Below, piece by piece: positions 1 to 8,727 of a stretch of 34,694 nt of DNA. The notes beneath the pieces were generated by a model. It was given only the letters and a program-made list of their open reading frames with translations, ran no database searches and was not told the origin of the DNA. A program made the position numbers and the translations under genes. Numbering within the stretch: position 1 is the stretch's first letter; every line of letters begins with the position of its first letter. The stretch comes from an uncultured Variovorax sp. (GTDB lineage: Bacteria; Pseudomonadota; Gammaproteobacteria; Burkholderiales; Burkholderiaceae_C). The stretch is from the NCBI GenBank assembly GCA_903872875.1, contig CAIQMJ010001129.1, positions 1 through 34,694 of the forward strand. Reading direction: 5' to 3'.

Positions 1-4
1 CTAG

Positions 5-23
5 GAGTCTGGGCGGCAGAAGC
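5..23. repeat. IS terminal inverted repeat (downstream of transposase), preceded by CTAG target duplication
   Basis: Exact reverse complement of 1533-1551. Confidence 0.93.
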
Positions 24-161
24 TCACGCGCGTGATTGCTGAGGCCCATTCGGGTCGTTCGGGGTCGCGCACAACACCGCGAGGCCTGCGGTCACAGCGC
101 AGAGGCGCTGATGGCCGCTTTGCGAGGCCCGAGGGTTCGTTCGCGGGGCCGTTCACCGGCC

Positions 162-1484
162 TCAGCCACACCGCATCGAGGCCATTCGCCGCAGATTCAG
201 CGCCAAGCACACGAGCTTCCACTCGGCTTGCACATTCTGCAGGCCGCGCAGGCTGAACTGCCTGAACCCCAGGACGTTCTTGATCCAGCCGTTGGGTGGT
301 TCGGCCAGCCACTTGCGCCTGCGGTAGGCCTCGCGCGCCTCGGGGGTCTTCATCTTGTGAACCATCGCTGCCGTCAGCGGCAGCGACACGTCGCTGATCG
401 CTCGATGTCCCTTGCCTTCTCTGCCGATCGCCACGATCAGCTCCGTGCGCCCGGCGAGGGCCTGGAACATCGCCTCGCTGCGATAGCCCGCATCGGCCAG
501 CGTCTGCTCGGGATACACACCCAGTGCGTTCTTGACCGCCTCCAACATGGCGGGCAGTTCGCGCGCATCCGAGGCGTTGTTGATCAACTCGGCCGCCACG
601 ATGATGTGCGCCGTGTCGTCCACTGCCGTCTGGGCGTTGTACGCGGGGTCGAAGCCGCCGCCCGCGCGCGGCATGATGCGGCTGTCAGGGTCGGTGAAGT
701 TGTCTTGTGCCGTGTCCTTGGGCACGCCGAAGGCTCGGCTGTAGCGCCCGCCCTTGGGATTGCCATCGGGCCCGCGCGGCCTCTGGTCATCGTCGTCGCT
801 GCGCCCGCGTTCGGTGTCGGCTTCGCTCTGGCGTGCCTCCAGTCTTGCGCGCGCTGCGGCGATGGCGTCCAACCGGTCCTGCCGCCGCGCGATCTCCGCC
901 GGGATGTCCAGTTCGGGCTCGTTCTTCTCGGCTTCGTCGGCCGCACGCGCCTTGTTCAGCAAGGCTGCGATCTGGGCCTTCAGCTCGGCTTCGGTCTTGA
1001 GCATGTGCGCATAACTCATCGCCTTATGGCGGCTCGCGTTGGCCTTGACCTTGGTGCCGTCCACCGCGATCGTGCCCAGCCTGATCAGTCCCAGCTCGCG
1101 CGCCAGGCGCACGACCTGCACGAACAGGTCCGATAGCTCCTTCAAGTGCAATGCGCGGAAGTCGCGGATCGTGCGGTGTGCCGGGAAGTTACGCGCAGCC
1201 AGCACCCGGAATGCCACGTCCTCGTGCAACTTGCGGGCGATCTTGCGAGAGCTGAACACGCCCGTGGCGTAGCCGTAGACCAGCACCTTGACCATCATGG
1301 CCGGGTGGAACGGCTGGTTGCGCGGGCCGTCCCTGTCGTAGCGCGCATGGAAGGCGCCAAGGTCCAGGCCGTCGATGGCGTCACTGATGAAGTGCGCCAG
1401 GTGCCCTTCGGGCAACCACTCCTGCAGCGTCTCGGGGAGCAGCATCATCTGCTGCGGCTCGTAGGGAAGGTAGTTCGCGGCCAT
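162..1484 (-). CDS. IS1182-family DDE transposase (440 aa)
   Basis: N-terminal LPEGHLAHFI...FHPAMMVKVLVYGYATGVFSSRKI (DUF772-like); DDE motifs AVDGTKVKANAS, NFTDPDSRIM, YNAQTAVD, LADAGY, YRRRKWLAEPPNGWIK. Confidence 0.95.
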   Translation of the reverse strand: MAANYLPYEPQQMMLLPETLQEWLPEGHLAHFISDAIDGLDLGAFHARYDRDGPRNQPFHPAMMVKVLVYGYATGVFSSRKIARKLHEDVAFRVLAARNFPAHRTIRDFRALHLKELSDLFVQVVRLARELGLIRLGTIAVDGTKVKANASRHKAMSYAHMLKTEAELKAQIAALLNKARAADEAEKNEPELDIPAEIARRQDRLDAIAAARARLEARQSEADTERGRSDDDDQRPRGPDGNPKGGRYSRAFGVPKDTAQDNFTDPDSRIMPRAGGGFDPAYNAQTAVDDTAHIIVAAELINNASDARELPAMLEAVKNALGVYPEQTLADAGYRSEAMFQALAGRTELIVAIGREGKGHRAISDVSLPLTAAMVHKMKTPEAREAYRRRKWLAEPPNGWIKNVLGFRQFSLRGLQNVQAEWKLVCLALNLRRMASMRCG

Positions 1485-1532
1485 GGCCGCAAACTTACAT
1501 CAACCTTCGAGAAAAAGTCAGTCGGTCAGTCG

Positions 1533-1551
1533 GCTTCTGCCGCCCAGACTC
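1533..1551. repeat. IS terminal inverted repeat (upstream of transposase), followed by CTAG target duplication
   Basis: Exact reverse complement of 5-23. Confidence 0.93.
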
Positions 1552-1712
1552 CTAGGCCCCAACGTGTGGCACGACACGCCTGCCGCGGCCATGGCGTACT
1601 GGAGGAGCTGGAAGAGACCGCCAGGCTGTGGCTGCTCTCCGGCCGCCGCTGCGCGGTGCTCGACGAAGCCAGAATCGCCGAGCTGCGCACTGTCTTCGGG
1701 GCGCGCTGGTAG
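1552..1712 (+). pseudogene. otnC: 3' remnant of class II aldolase/adducin-family protein (OtnC-like decarboxylase), interrupted by the IS and carrying a 1-bp frameshift
   Basis: [15 protein letters not shown] then, after a frameshift near 1596, [38 protein letters not shown]. The EELEETA(R/K)L motif is typical of OtnC C-termini, and the remnant sits directly upstream of an otnI-like gene. Confidence 0.7.
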
Positions 1713-1747
1713 CGCCCTTTGTTGTTTTCTTCCCTCAACACGCCGCC

Positions 1748-2017
1748 ATGCCCCGCTTCGCCGCCAACCTCTCGATGCTGTACACGGAGCTGCCCTTCCT
1801 CGAGCGCTTCGCCGCCGCCGCGGCCGACGGCTTCGAGGCCGTGGAGTACCTCTTTCCCTACGACTTCGCGCCTACCGACCTCGCCGCGCGGCTGCGCGAG
1901 CACGGCCTGCAGCAGGTGCTGTTCAACAGCCCGCCCGGCGACTGGGCGGCCGGCGAGCGCGGCCTGGCCTGCCTGCCTGGCCGCGAGGCCCATTTCCGCG
2001 ACGCGGTGGCGAAGGCT
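1748..2017 (+). pseudogene. otnI: 5' fragment (~90 codons) of hydroxypyruvate isomerase / 2-oxo-tetronate isomerase (Hyi/OtnI family)
   Basis: [38 protein letters not shown]...[24 protein letters not shown] is the canonical Hyi/OtnI N-terminus. Similarity and GC-rich codon style end abruptly after ...DAVAKA. Confidence 0.85.
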
Positions 2018-2589
2018 TGCGGCGGCAGCCAGTCGCTCGGACCGATGCTGAACCTGCGGTGGCGCGCGAATATTCCCCAGGTCGTTGAAACAGCGGTGTT
2101 TGGCTGCCTCGGGAGGAGCACGCGCGTCTCCTGCTCTTCATGGCAAGTGGGCAGGCAATCAGTCGCACGTTCGGATCCAACCGCTCTGGTTTCGATCCGT
2201 TAGAGCGAGAAGATGCGCTCACTTAGGCCATCAGAGCCATGAAATGCAAGTGGCTGCTGGAGAAGCTTGTCCGCCTGTGCCGATGTGTTGGGCTCGATTC
2301 GCGAAAGGACGTCCTGCGGCAGCAGCGCGTAATTCTCGTCCGTCCAACGCCAGGCAAGGGGAAAGTCTTTGGGCACATGGCGTCAGGATGTTTTCGATGG
2401 ATCTTAGAGCTTCTGACAAGCCGAAGTCGCCTGCCCACGAACGACAGCTCCTGGAAAACTCATGGCCGCAATGAGCGCGAACCGCTAGGACTCGACAGGT
2501 CACAGTCGGCCACCACCGGACGTTCCGTCTAAGTGCCTTACGGGTAGCGCGAGCTCACTCGACCCGCACGTCGCATCGCCTTGCTGAGG

Positions 2590-3030
2590 TTCACGCGACC
2601 AAGTGCTTCGGCGCATCCAGTTGCTTAAGCTGACCCCTGCCAAGCTCTGGCGGGTGGACGCTTGGTTCAGCAAGTCATGCGGAAACCCCAGACTGGGCGA
2701 GCCCGCCGCGTTCAATTGCGAAAGTTGCTGGTCTGTGAGGCGCACATCCGCGGCGGCAAGATTGTCCTCCAGTTGTATCATTGACTTCGGCCCGATGATA
2801 GGAATGGCACCGCGTGCTGCCGCTCAGGCGATGGCCACCCGTACCGGGTTCGACCCCGTCTCTTGGGCGACAGTTTGCGGGGCGTCAAGGACCGCGCCTT
2901 TCTGGGCGCTGTCTTCTTGATGGATGAGCACACCCAAATGGGTCGCGCGGCTCACTTCGCCACGACGGTACTTTCCAGTGAGAAGACCCCCGCCCAGAGG
3001 GCGGGTCACGAAGGCCGCCGCCGGGGTCGC
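2590..3030 (-). pseudogene. C-terminal remnant of an aldo/keto reductase with an in-frame stop
   Basis: PLGGGLLTGKYRRG...VRVAIA*(TGA at 2824-2826 where W is expected)AAARGAIPIIGPKSMIQLEDNLAAADVRLTDQQLSQL...SLGFPHDLL, all in one frame. N-terminal half absent; boundaries approximate. Confidence 0.8.
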
Positions 3031-3059
3031 GGGCTTGTTGCCGCCTGGCAGCACGTGGC

Positions 3060-3691
3060 GCCCGCCCTTGCGCGAACATCTGCAGTAGGTAGGTGGAGGT
3101 GCCGTGCGTCACCGGCGCGGCAACGAGATAGCGTTCGTCGGGACCGAAACCATCGGTGTGGATCTGCGAGATGAGTCCCGCAGTCCATGCCCGGCATGGG
3201 CTGCATCACGTCCTTTGGAACACCGAGCGAGCCGCCCGTGAACTTGATGGCCTGCACTTCGTCGGGTCCGACGCGACCCCGCAGTGGATGCCGGCCCGCG
3301 TATTCACGCAGCAGCTCCCGATCGGGGTCTGCCCGTATGGATGAGCCGCACGCTGGCGCCGACGGCCAGCCTGGATGCATGCGCGTGGTCCGCCACGAGA
3401 ATGGCCGGGCTGGTGAATGCGATGGCGCGGTCGAGCTCGACGATCGCGTTGCGTGCATTGGGCAGCACCCACGTCTTCTCCGCAGCGAGTACGTCGCGCA
3501 GGGCGACGATGTGGTCGACGGTGTTTCTGGCGCACACGGCGACACGCGAACCAACGGCCGGGTCGGTAGAGTGCTGCAATGCGCTCGCGCGCGCCGAGTT
3601 CCGCGCAGTCCAGCGTCTCGCCCGGGCTTTGCAATGCGATGCACTCGCCGTGGTGGTGCACGGCGCGAGAGAAGAAGTCGATGGAAAGCAT
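3060..3691 (-). pseudogene. 5' remnant of an AMP-binding acyl-CoA synthetase, multiply frameshifted and truncated
   Basis: Pieces in different frames: MLSIDFFSRAV...GETLDCAEL; GSRVAVCARNTVDHIVA...NARNAIVEL; degenerate AMP-binding loop IKFTGGSLGVPKDVMQP; YLVAAPVTHGTSTYLL. Starts 5 bp after the SDR stop. Confidence 0.8.
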
Positions 3692-3695
3692 GGGG

Positions 3696-4490
3696 TCAGC
3701 GCCCCGTGCAGCTCTTGCCGCCATCGATCGGGATGATGGTCCCCGTGATGTAGCACGACTCGTCGGAGGCGAGGAACAACGCGGCATACGCCACGTCCCA
3801 CGCATCGCCCATGCGTCCCATGGGCGATGCGGCGTTGCGCGCTGCACGCATGGCCTCGACACTGCCGTACTCGCCGACGATTTGCTTGTAGATCAACGGC
3901 GTGTCCATCACACCGGGCAGCAGCGCATTGGCCCGGATGCCGTAGGGCGCGTAGTTGACCGCAAGCGCCTTCGTGAAGTGGTTCCGTCCGGCCTTCGACG
4001 CGTAGTAGCCGAAATAGGGAAGACGGTTGATCTGCATCGACGCCAGCGACGAGATGTGGATGATCGAGCCGGAGCGCTGGACCGTCATGATCGGCAGCAC
4101 GTGTTTGCTGGTGAGAAAGGCGCTGATCAGGTTGATGTCGAGCGAGCGCTGCCAATCGGCCTCGCTGAGGGTCACTGGATCACCCATGATCGTCACCCCG
4201 ACGTTGTTGTGCAGGACGTCGATCCGGCCGTGGCGCTCCTGGGCGAAGCGCACGGCAGCGAGCACCTCGTCGGAGACGGTCACGTCGGCCTGCAGCGCAT
4301 CGCAGTCGTGCCCGCGTTCGGCGATGGCGCTGCGTGTCTCCTCGGCAGCGTCGCGGTCGACGTCCACGGCGACCACCTTCGCACCCTCCTGCGCGAACAG
4401 CGCGGCGGCGGCCTTGCCGTTGCCCCAACCCGGTCCCGAGGAGCCCGCTCCGAAAACGAGCGCCACTTTGTCTTTCAGACGATTCGTCAA
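3696..4490 (-). CDS. SDR family NAD(P)-dependent oxidoreductase
   Basis: KVALVFGAGSSGPGWGNGKA Rossmann variant, LHNNVG, catalytic YYASK, IRANALLPG, IDGG; TTG start. Confidence 0.92.
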   Translation of the reverse strand: MTNRLKDKVALVFGAGSSGPGWGNGKAAAALFAQEGAKVVAVDVDRDAAEETRSAIAERGHDCDALQADVTVSDEVLAAVRFAQERHGRIDVLHNNVGVTIMGDPVTLSEADWQRSLDINLISAFLTSKHVLPIMTVQRSGSIIHISSLASMQINRLPYFGYYASKAGRNHFTKALAVNYAPYGIRANALLPGVMDTPLIYKQIVGEYGSVEAMRAARNAASPMGRMGDAWDVAYAALFLASDESCYITGTIIPIDGGKSCTGR

Positions 4491-4508
4491 GGCATTCCCT
4501 TCGATTCA

Positions 4509-5483
4509 CTAGAACAGGAAGCGACGCAGTCTCGGCAGGCGCCAGATCAGGGTGCCGATGATGCCGCGTGGCAGGAAGAGCATGAGCAATACGATGGACA
4601 GACCGAGGAGAAACACGTTCAGGACCGGGAAGTTCTTCCAGATCAGGTTGTCCACGGCGAGCATTGACAGCACGCCGATGACCGGGCCGATCACGGTTCC
4701 CAGGCCGCCAGCAACCGCGTAGATGATGGCCTTCGTGCTCACCAGCAGGTTGAACGCCGTCTCGGTGTCCACGATGTTGGTGTACCAGGCCTCGATCGCG
4801 CCGGTGAGGGCCGCGATCACGGCTGACATCATCCAGGCGTTGAGCCGGACCCTCGCGATGTCGATGCCCATCGTCTCTGCCGTGTCGGGGTCGTCCCGGA
4901 TCGCGCGCAAGGCCATGCCGAGGCGCGACTGCGCGAGCCAGGTCACGGCGAGCAGGGTCGCGACCATGAGCGCCAGCATGATGTAGTACGCGGCCTGTGG
5001 CTTGCCCAGGCCGAGCGTGATGCCGAAGCTGCCGCCGGCGTATTCATCCGGCATGTTGGCGATAAGCAGCCTGCAGATGACGGCGAGTGCCAGCGACACG
5101 ATCGAGAAGTAGATGCCGCGCAGCACGAGCGTGCGCGCGAGGAGCAGACTGAGCAGCAGCCCGGCACCGGCTGCGAGCGCAAGTCCCGCTGCCGGAGGCA
5201 GGCCGAGCTTGCGCACACCGATGGCCATCCCGTAGGCACCCACGCCGTAGAACGCGACGTAGCCGAAGGGCAGGTAGCCCGTGAAGCCGCCCATGATGTT
5301 CAGCCCGGAAGCGAGTGTGACCCACAGAACCAGGTAGAACCAGAAAGCCAGGCTCAGGCCCAGCGCCGGGACCAGCGCGAGGCCGATCACGCCGACGGCA
5401 ACGACGGTCAGCCAGACCGTGGTTCGCCATCGCGCGATCTGGCCGGAAGAAAGCGGCGCGGCTGCGGCTGCGTTGTGTGGCAT
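4509..5483 (-). CDS. Branched-chain amino acid-type (Liv) ABC transporter permease, LivM-like
   Basis: Hydrophobic; GFTGYLPFGYVAFYGVGAY, LRGIYFSIVSL, LRAIRDD, GGLGTVIGPVIG, FLPRGI. Confidence 0.92.
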   Translation of the reverse strand: MPHNAAAAAPLSSGQIARWRTTVWLTVVAVGVIGLALVPALGLSLAFWFYLVLWVTLASGLNIMGGFTGYLPFGYVAFYGVGAYGMAIGVRKLGLPPAAGLALAAGAGLLLSLLLARTLVLRGIYFSIVSLALAVICRLLIANMPDEYAGGSFGITLGLGKPQAAYYIMLALMVATLLAVTWLAQSRLGMALRAIRDDPDTAETMGIDIARVRLNAWMMSAVIAALTGAIEAWYTNIVDTETAFNLLVSTKAIIYAVAGGLGTVIGPVIGVLSMLAVDNLIWKNFPVLNVFLLGLSIVLLMLFLPRGIIGTLIWRLPRLRRFLF

Positions 5484-5502
5484 GTGGTCGTTGCCCCGGC
5501 GA

Positions 5503-6717
5503 TTAGCGCTTGGTCCAGGCCGGGGCGGGGTAGATCGCCTTGCCGGTCGCGATCTCTTCTGGCGCGACGATCTTCATGCCATCGGGCTGCATCTGCAGCA
5601 CGATCGGCTTCATGCCGATCTGGAAACCGGTCTTGTCGATCTCGAACTGGCCGCTGACCATGATCGTCTTGCCGCTGATGTCCATGGCAGCCTGCTTGAG
5701 CTTGGCCGCGTCCATCGAATTCGCCGTCCCGATGCTCTTTTCCAGCACGACGCCGGCCCCATAGGCCAGTGCCGTCTGGAAGTCCGCGCCGCTCACGACG
5801 TTCGGGAAGAGGCGCTTGTAGGCGGCCAGGAACTGGTCGGTATTGAGCCCGTCGGTCACCTTCCATTTCACGGTCGGATCGAACTGGGTGTGGCTGAACA
5901 GGTAGTTGGCGTCCTTGCCCATTTCCATCAGGGGCGGCGCCGAGCCGTACACCATGTAGGTCATGGGGAAGTTGATCTCCCGTTCCTTCATCTGCCGCAC
6001 CATGCTGATCAGGTCGCCGTCGTTGGACGGCGAGTAGAGGGCCTCGGCACCGCTGGCCTGTGCCTTCTGCAGCAGGATCGCGAAATCTTTCGTGCCCTTG
6101 GCGTATTTCTCGAAGAGCACGACTTTGATTCCGGCCTTCTCGGCCATGTCGCGTGCGGCCGCGGCAGTGCTTGCCGGGAACGGATCGTCGGCATAGACGA
6201 TGGCCATCTTCTTCACGCCGAGCTTTGCCGTGAGTGCCGTGCTGGTGACCGGAAGCTGGGACGCCTGGACCGTCACCGACACGATGCTCTGGTAACCCTG
6301 CTGGAACAGTTGGTCCGACGATCCGGCCCAGCTGACCATGTATTTCTTGTTCGAGTCCGCAATCGGCGCGGCGACGCCCACCAGCGTCGAGCTGAAAGGT
6401 GCGATCAGCACGTCGACCTTTTCTTCGTTGATCAGCGAGTCATAGACGCGCGAGACCAACTGCTTGTCGCTGCGGTCATCGCGCTTGACAAGTTCCACCG
6501 GGTACTTCTTGCCGGCGAGTGCGATGCCGCCGCGCTTGTTGACGTCGTCGAGCCAGATCTGCACGCCACGTTCGCCGGATTGCGACGCCGACGCAAAGGT
6601 GCCGGTGGACGAAATGGTCATGCCCACCTTGATGGAGGTCCGGGCCTGGGCGCTCGCCGCAACACTGGCACAGAGGACCGTGGCGACAAGGAGGAACTGC
6701 GGAATTTTCGACGTCAT
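5503..6717 (-). CDS. Liv-type ABC transporter periplasmic substrate-binding protein
   Basis: Signal peptide (...ASAQA), IKVGMTISSTG, VNKRGGI, VELVKRDDRSD, LIAPFSS. Confidence 0.92.
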   Translation of the reverse strand: MTSKIPQFLLVATVLCASVAASAQARTSIKVGMTISSTGTFASASQSGERGVQIWLDDVNKRGGIALAGKKYPVELVKRDDRSDKQLVSRVYDSLINEEKVDVLIAPFSSTLVGVAAPIADSNKKYMVSWAGSSDQLFQQGYQSIVSVTVQASQLPVTSTALTAKLGVKKMAIVYADDPFPASTAAAARDMAEKAGIKVVLFEKYAKGTKDFAILLQKAQASGAEALYSPSNDGDLISMVRQMKEREINFPMTYMVYGSAPPLMEMGKDANYLFSHTQFDPTVKWKVTDGLNTDQFLAAYKRLFPNVVSGADFQTALAYGAGVVLEKSIGTANSMDAAKLKQAAMDISGKTIMVSGQFEIDKTGFQIGMKPIVLQMQPDGMKIVAPEEIATGKAIYPAPAWTKR

Positions 6718-6740
6718 GAGATCTTCTTTCCAAAGAATAT

Positions 6741-6757
6741 GTTCCGTTATACGGAAC
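6741..6757. promoter_or_regulatory. Perfect 7-3-7 palindrome GTTCCGT-TAT-ACGGAAC, probable IclR operator
   Basis: Perfect inverted repeat 24 bp upstream of the binding-protein start, in the AT-rich intergenic region shared with an IclR gene. Confidence 0.7.
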
Positions 6758-6777
6758 TAACAAAACTCATTTAAGGA

Positions 6778-6807
6778 AATATTGGAATTGTGAGAAACCA
6801 ATGTCAA
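6778..6807 (-). promoter_or_regulatory. Putative sigma70 promoter for the leftward (SBP-livM-SDR) operon
   Basis: Consensus TTGACA on the minus strand at 6807-6802, with AATATT 18 nt (or CAATAT 17 nt) downstream. Confidence 0.5.
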
Positions 6808-6949
6808 CCGTGGCGGAGGCGTGTCCAGAATCGGGCATTATTTCCCTGTTATGGGGAGAAATGCCCAATGAGAAAGCACAAAAATATCTTGTTGGCCTTG
6901 CACGATTCCTGCATCGCAAACATTGCGCCAAGATCTAAATGATCAAATA

Positions 6950-6966
6950 ATTCAGAACATGAGAAT
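6950..6966. promoter_or_regulatory. Weaker second IclR-type site ATTC-N9-GAAT (possible autoregulation)
   Basis: Same TTC-N9-GAA geometry as 6741-6757; ends 8 bp upstream of the iclR start. Confidence 0.4.
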
Positions 6967-6973
6967 ATAAAAA

Positions 6974-7813
6974 ATGGAACAAGAACCCTCCTCCATGGAG
7001 ACTGCTGCTCAGGTCGAGGACGACGACAAACCTGCGGTCAAGTCGATCGATCGGGCGGCGACCATCCTTCAGGTCCTGGCGGCCTTCGGCGTGCGCGGTG
7101 GGCCGTTGACCGAGATCGCCAAGCAGGCGGGGTTCGGCAAGGCGACCACGCACCGGCTGCTGGCTGCCCTGGCCGATGTCGGCTTCGCATCGCAGAACGC
7201 CGCCAACCGGCACTACCACCTCGGCGCGCGGCTCGGCCTGCTCAGTAGGCAAGCGCATCAGCAGGACATTGCCGTGCTCGCATCGCCGTCGCTCAGGCAT
7301 CTGGCCGCCGTCACGGAGGACACGGCCTATCTGTCCGTGCGCGAGGGCCTGCGCTCGCTGTGCCTTGGCCGCGAACAGGGCGACTTCCCCATCAAGACGC
7401 TGTCTCTCGACGTGGGACAGTCGCGTCCCCTGGGCGTGGGCTCGGGCAGCCTGGCCCTGCTCGCGTTCCTGCCCAAGGCCGAGATCGAGAGCGCGGTCGA
7501 AAGCAACCAGCGCTGGCTGCGCGACTTTCCAGCGTTCACGCCGTCGAAGCTCGCGAGCCTGGTCAAGCAGACGCAGACGCAAGGCTTCTCCTTCGTGGAG
7601 GGCCTGATCATTCCGGGCGTCAATGCGATCGGGGTGCCGGTTCTCGATGCACAGAAGCAGCCCGTCGCGGCATTGAGCATCACGGCCATTGCCGAGCGGG
7701 TGCATGGCGAACGCGCACTCAAGCTTGCGGCACTGCTGCACGAAGAGGCCGGACAGCTCTCGGCTCTGATCGCGCGCCAAGGCGGGGCCGAAGCAGCGGG
7801 TGACCGGCCATGA
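6974..7813 (+). CDS. IclR family transcriptional regulator
   Basis: VKSIDRAATIL, HTH LTEIAKQAGFGKATTHRLL, YHLG, C-terminal GVNAIGVPV...VAALSI. Confidence 0.95.
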   Translation: MEQEPSSMETAAQVEDDDKPAVKSIDRAATILQVLAAFGVRGGPLTEIAKQAGFGKATTHRLLAALADVGFASQNAANRHYHLGARLGLLSRQAHQQDIAVLASPSLRHLAAVTEDTAYLSVREGLRSLCLGREQGDFPIKTLSLDVGQSRPLGVGSGSLALLAFLPKAEIESAVESNQRWLRDFPAFTPSKLASLVKQTQTQGFSFVEGLIIPGVNAIGVPVLDAQKQPVAALSITAIAERVHGERALKLAALLHEEAGQLSALIARQGGAEAAGDRP

Positions 7814-8694
7814 CGGGCGAACTCATTGCGCAGGCGCTGCTGTCGGGCGTGATCCTGGGCGCGCTCTACGGGCTCATCGGCTGCAGCCTTACCATCCTCT
7901 ACGGCACGATGCGGGTCGTGAACTTCGCGCACGGCGAGGTCGTGATCGCGGGCTGCTATGCGGCACTGCTCTTCGTCAACTGGACCGGCCTGCACCCGCT
8001 GTTCGTGCTGCCGATCGCCTTCGTGCTCTTCTTTGGCGTGGGCATGCTGCTCTACAAGGCGCTCATGCCGCGGCTCATGCGGTCGGACGACCCGGAACTG
8101 GCGTCGTTCCTGAGCTTCTATGGCGTGTCGCTGATGGCCGGTGCCGCACTGCTGTACTTCTTCGAGGCGGACACGCGCTCGCTCAACTACAGCTTCACGC
8201 CTTCCGTGATCAGGCTTGCCGGGCTCATCATGCCGACGGCGCAACTGGTGGCCCTGGCCGTGGGGGCTCTGGTCATCCTGGCGCTGACCGGTTTCCTCTA
8301 TCGCACGTTGGCGGGCAAGGCGCTTCGCGCGGCGATCATGAACCGCGACGCCATCCAGATCGTTGGCGTCAACATTCACCAGCTCTCGGCGCTGGCCTTC
8401 GGGCTCGCCATTGGGCTGGGCGCATTCACCGGCGTGCTGATCGCGCTCGTGTTTCCGGCCTTCGGGCCATTCTCCGGGCTGGACTTCACGCTGATCGGCT
8501 TTGTCGTGATCGTGCTCGGCGGGCTCGGCCATCCGGTCGGCGCGATCTTGGGCGGCATCGTGTTCGGGGTGGCGGAGCAACTCGCCATCGTGTTCCTTCC
8601 ACAGTCGCTGTCACCCGTCGTCGGCTTCGTCATCCTCGTCGCCACGATCACGCTGCGGCCCGCCGGCATGTTCGGGCGCGCGGCGCTGCGATGA
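7810..8694 (+). CDS. Liv-type ABC transporter permease, LivH-like
   Basis: GALYGLIGCSLTILYGTMRVVNFAHGE, GKALRA, VIVLGGLG, RPAGMFG; ATGA overlap with iclR. Confidence 0.93.
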   Translation: MTGELIAQALLSGVILGALYGLIGCSLTILYGTMRVVNFAHGEVVIAGCYAALLFVNWTGLHPLFVLPIAFVLFFGVGMLLYKALMPRLMRSDDPELASFLSFYGVSLMAGAALLYFFEADTRSLNYSFTPSVIRLAGLIMPTAQLVALAVGALVILALTGFLYRTLAGKALRAAIMNRDAIQIVGVNIHQLSALAFGLAIGLGAFTGVLIALVFPAFGPFSGLDFTLIGFVVIVLGGLGHPVGAILGGIVFGVAEQLAIVFLPQSLSPVVGFVILVATITLRPAGMFGRAALR

Positions 8695-8727
8695 CCGTCT
8701 CGACCTACTTTCCAGTGCTTGCCCGCG

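Larger units (their letters stand above)
5..1551 (-). mobile_element. IS1182-family insertion sequence, complete (1547 bp)
   Basis: Perfect 19-bp terminal inverted repeats GAGTCTGGGCGGCAGAAGC (5-23) and GCTTCTGCCGCCCAGACTC (1533-1551), flanked by CTAG at 1-4 and 1552-1555. Encloses a single transposase ORF. Confidence 0.93.

Noticed and set aside
36-1136. 366-aa plus-strand ORF and the many other long antisense or alternate-frame ORFs (e.g. 5419-6774, 10286-11623, 22999-24675, 31138-32712)
   Set aside because: They shadow well-supported genes, have Arg/Ala/Gly-rich low-information sequence and no family motifs, as expected in high-GC DNA.
1517-1532. GTCAGTCG tandem duplication inside the IS end
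   Set aside because: Only two 8-bp units with no counterpart at the other end; no function can be supported.
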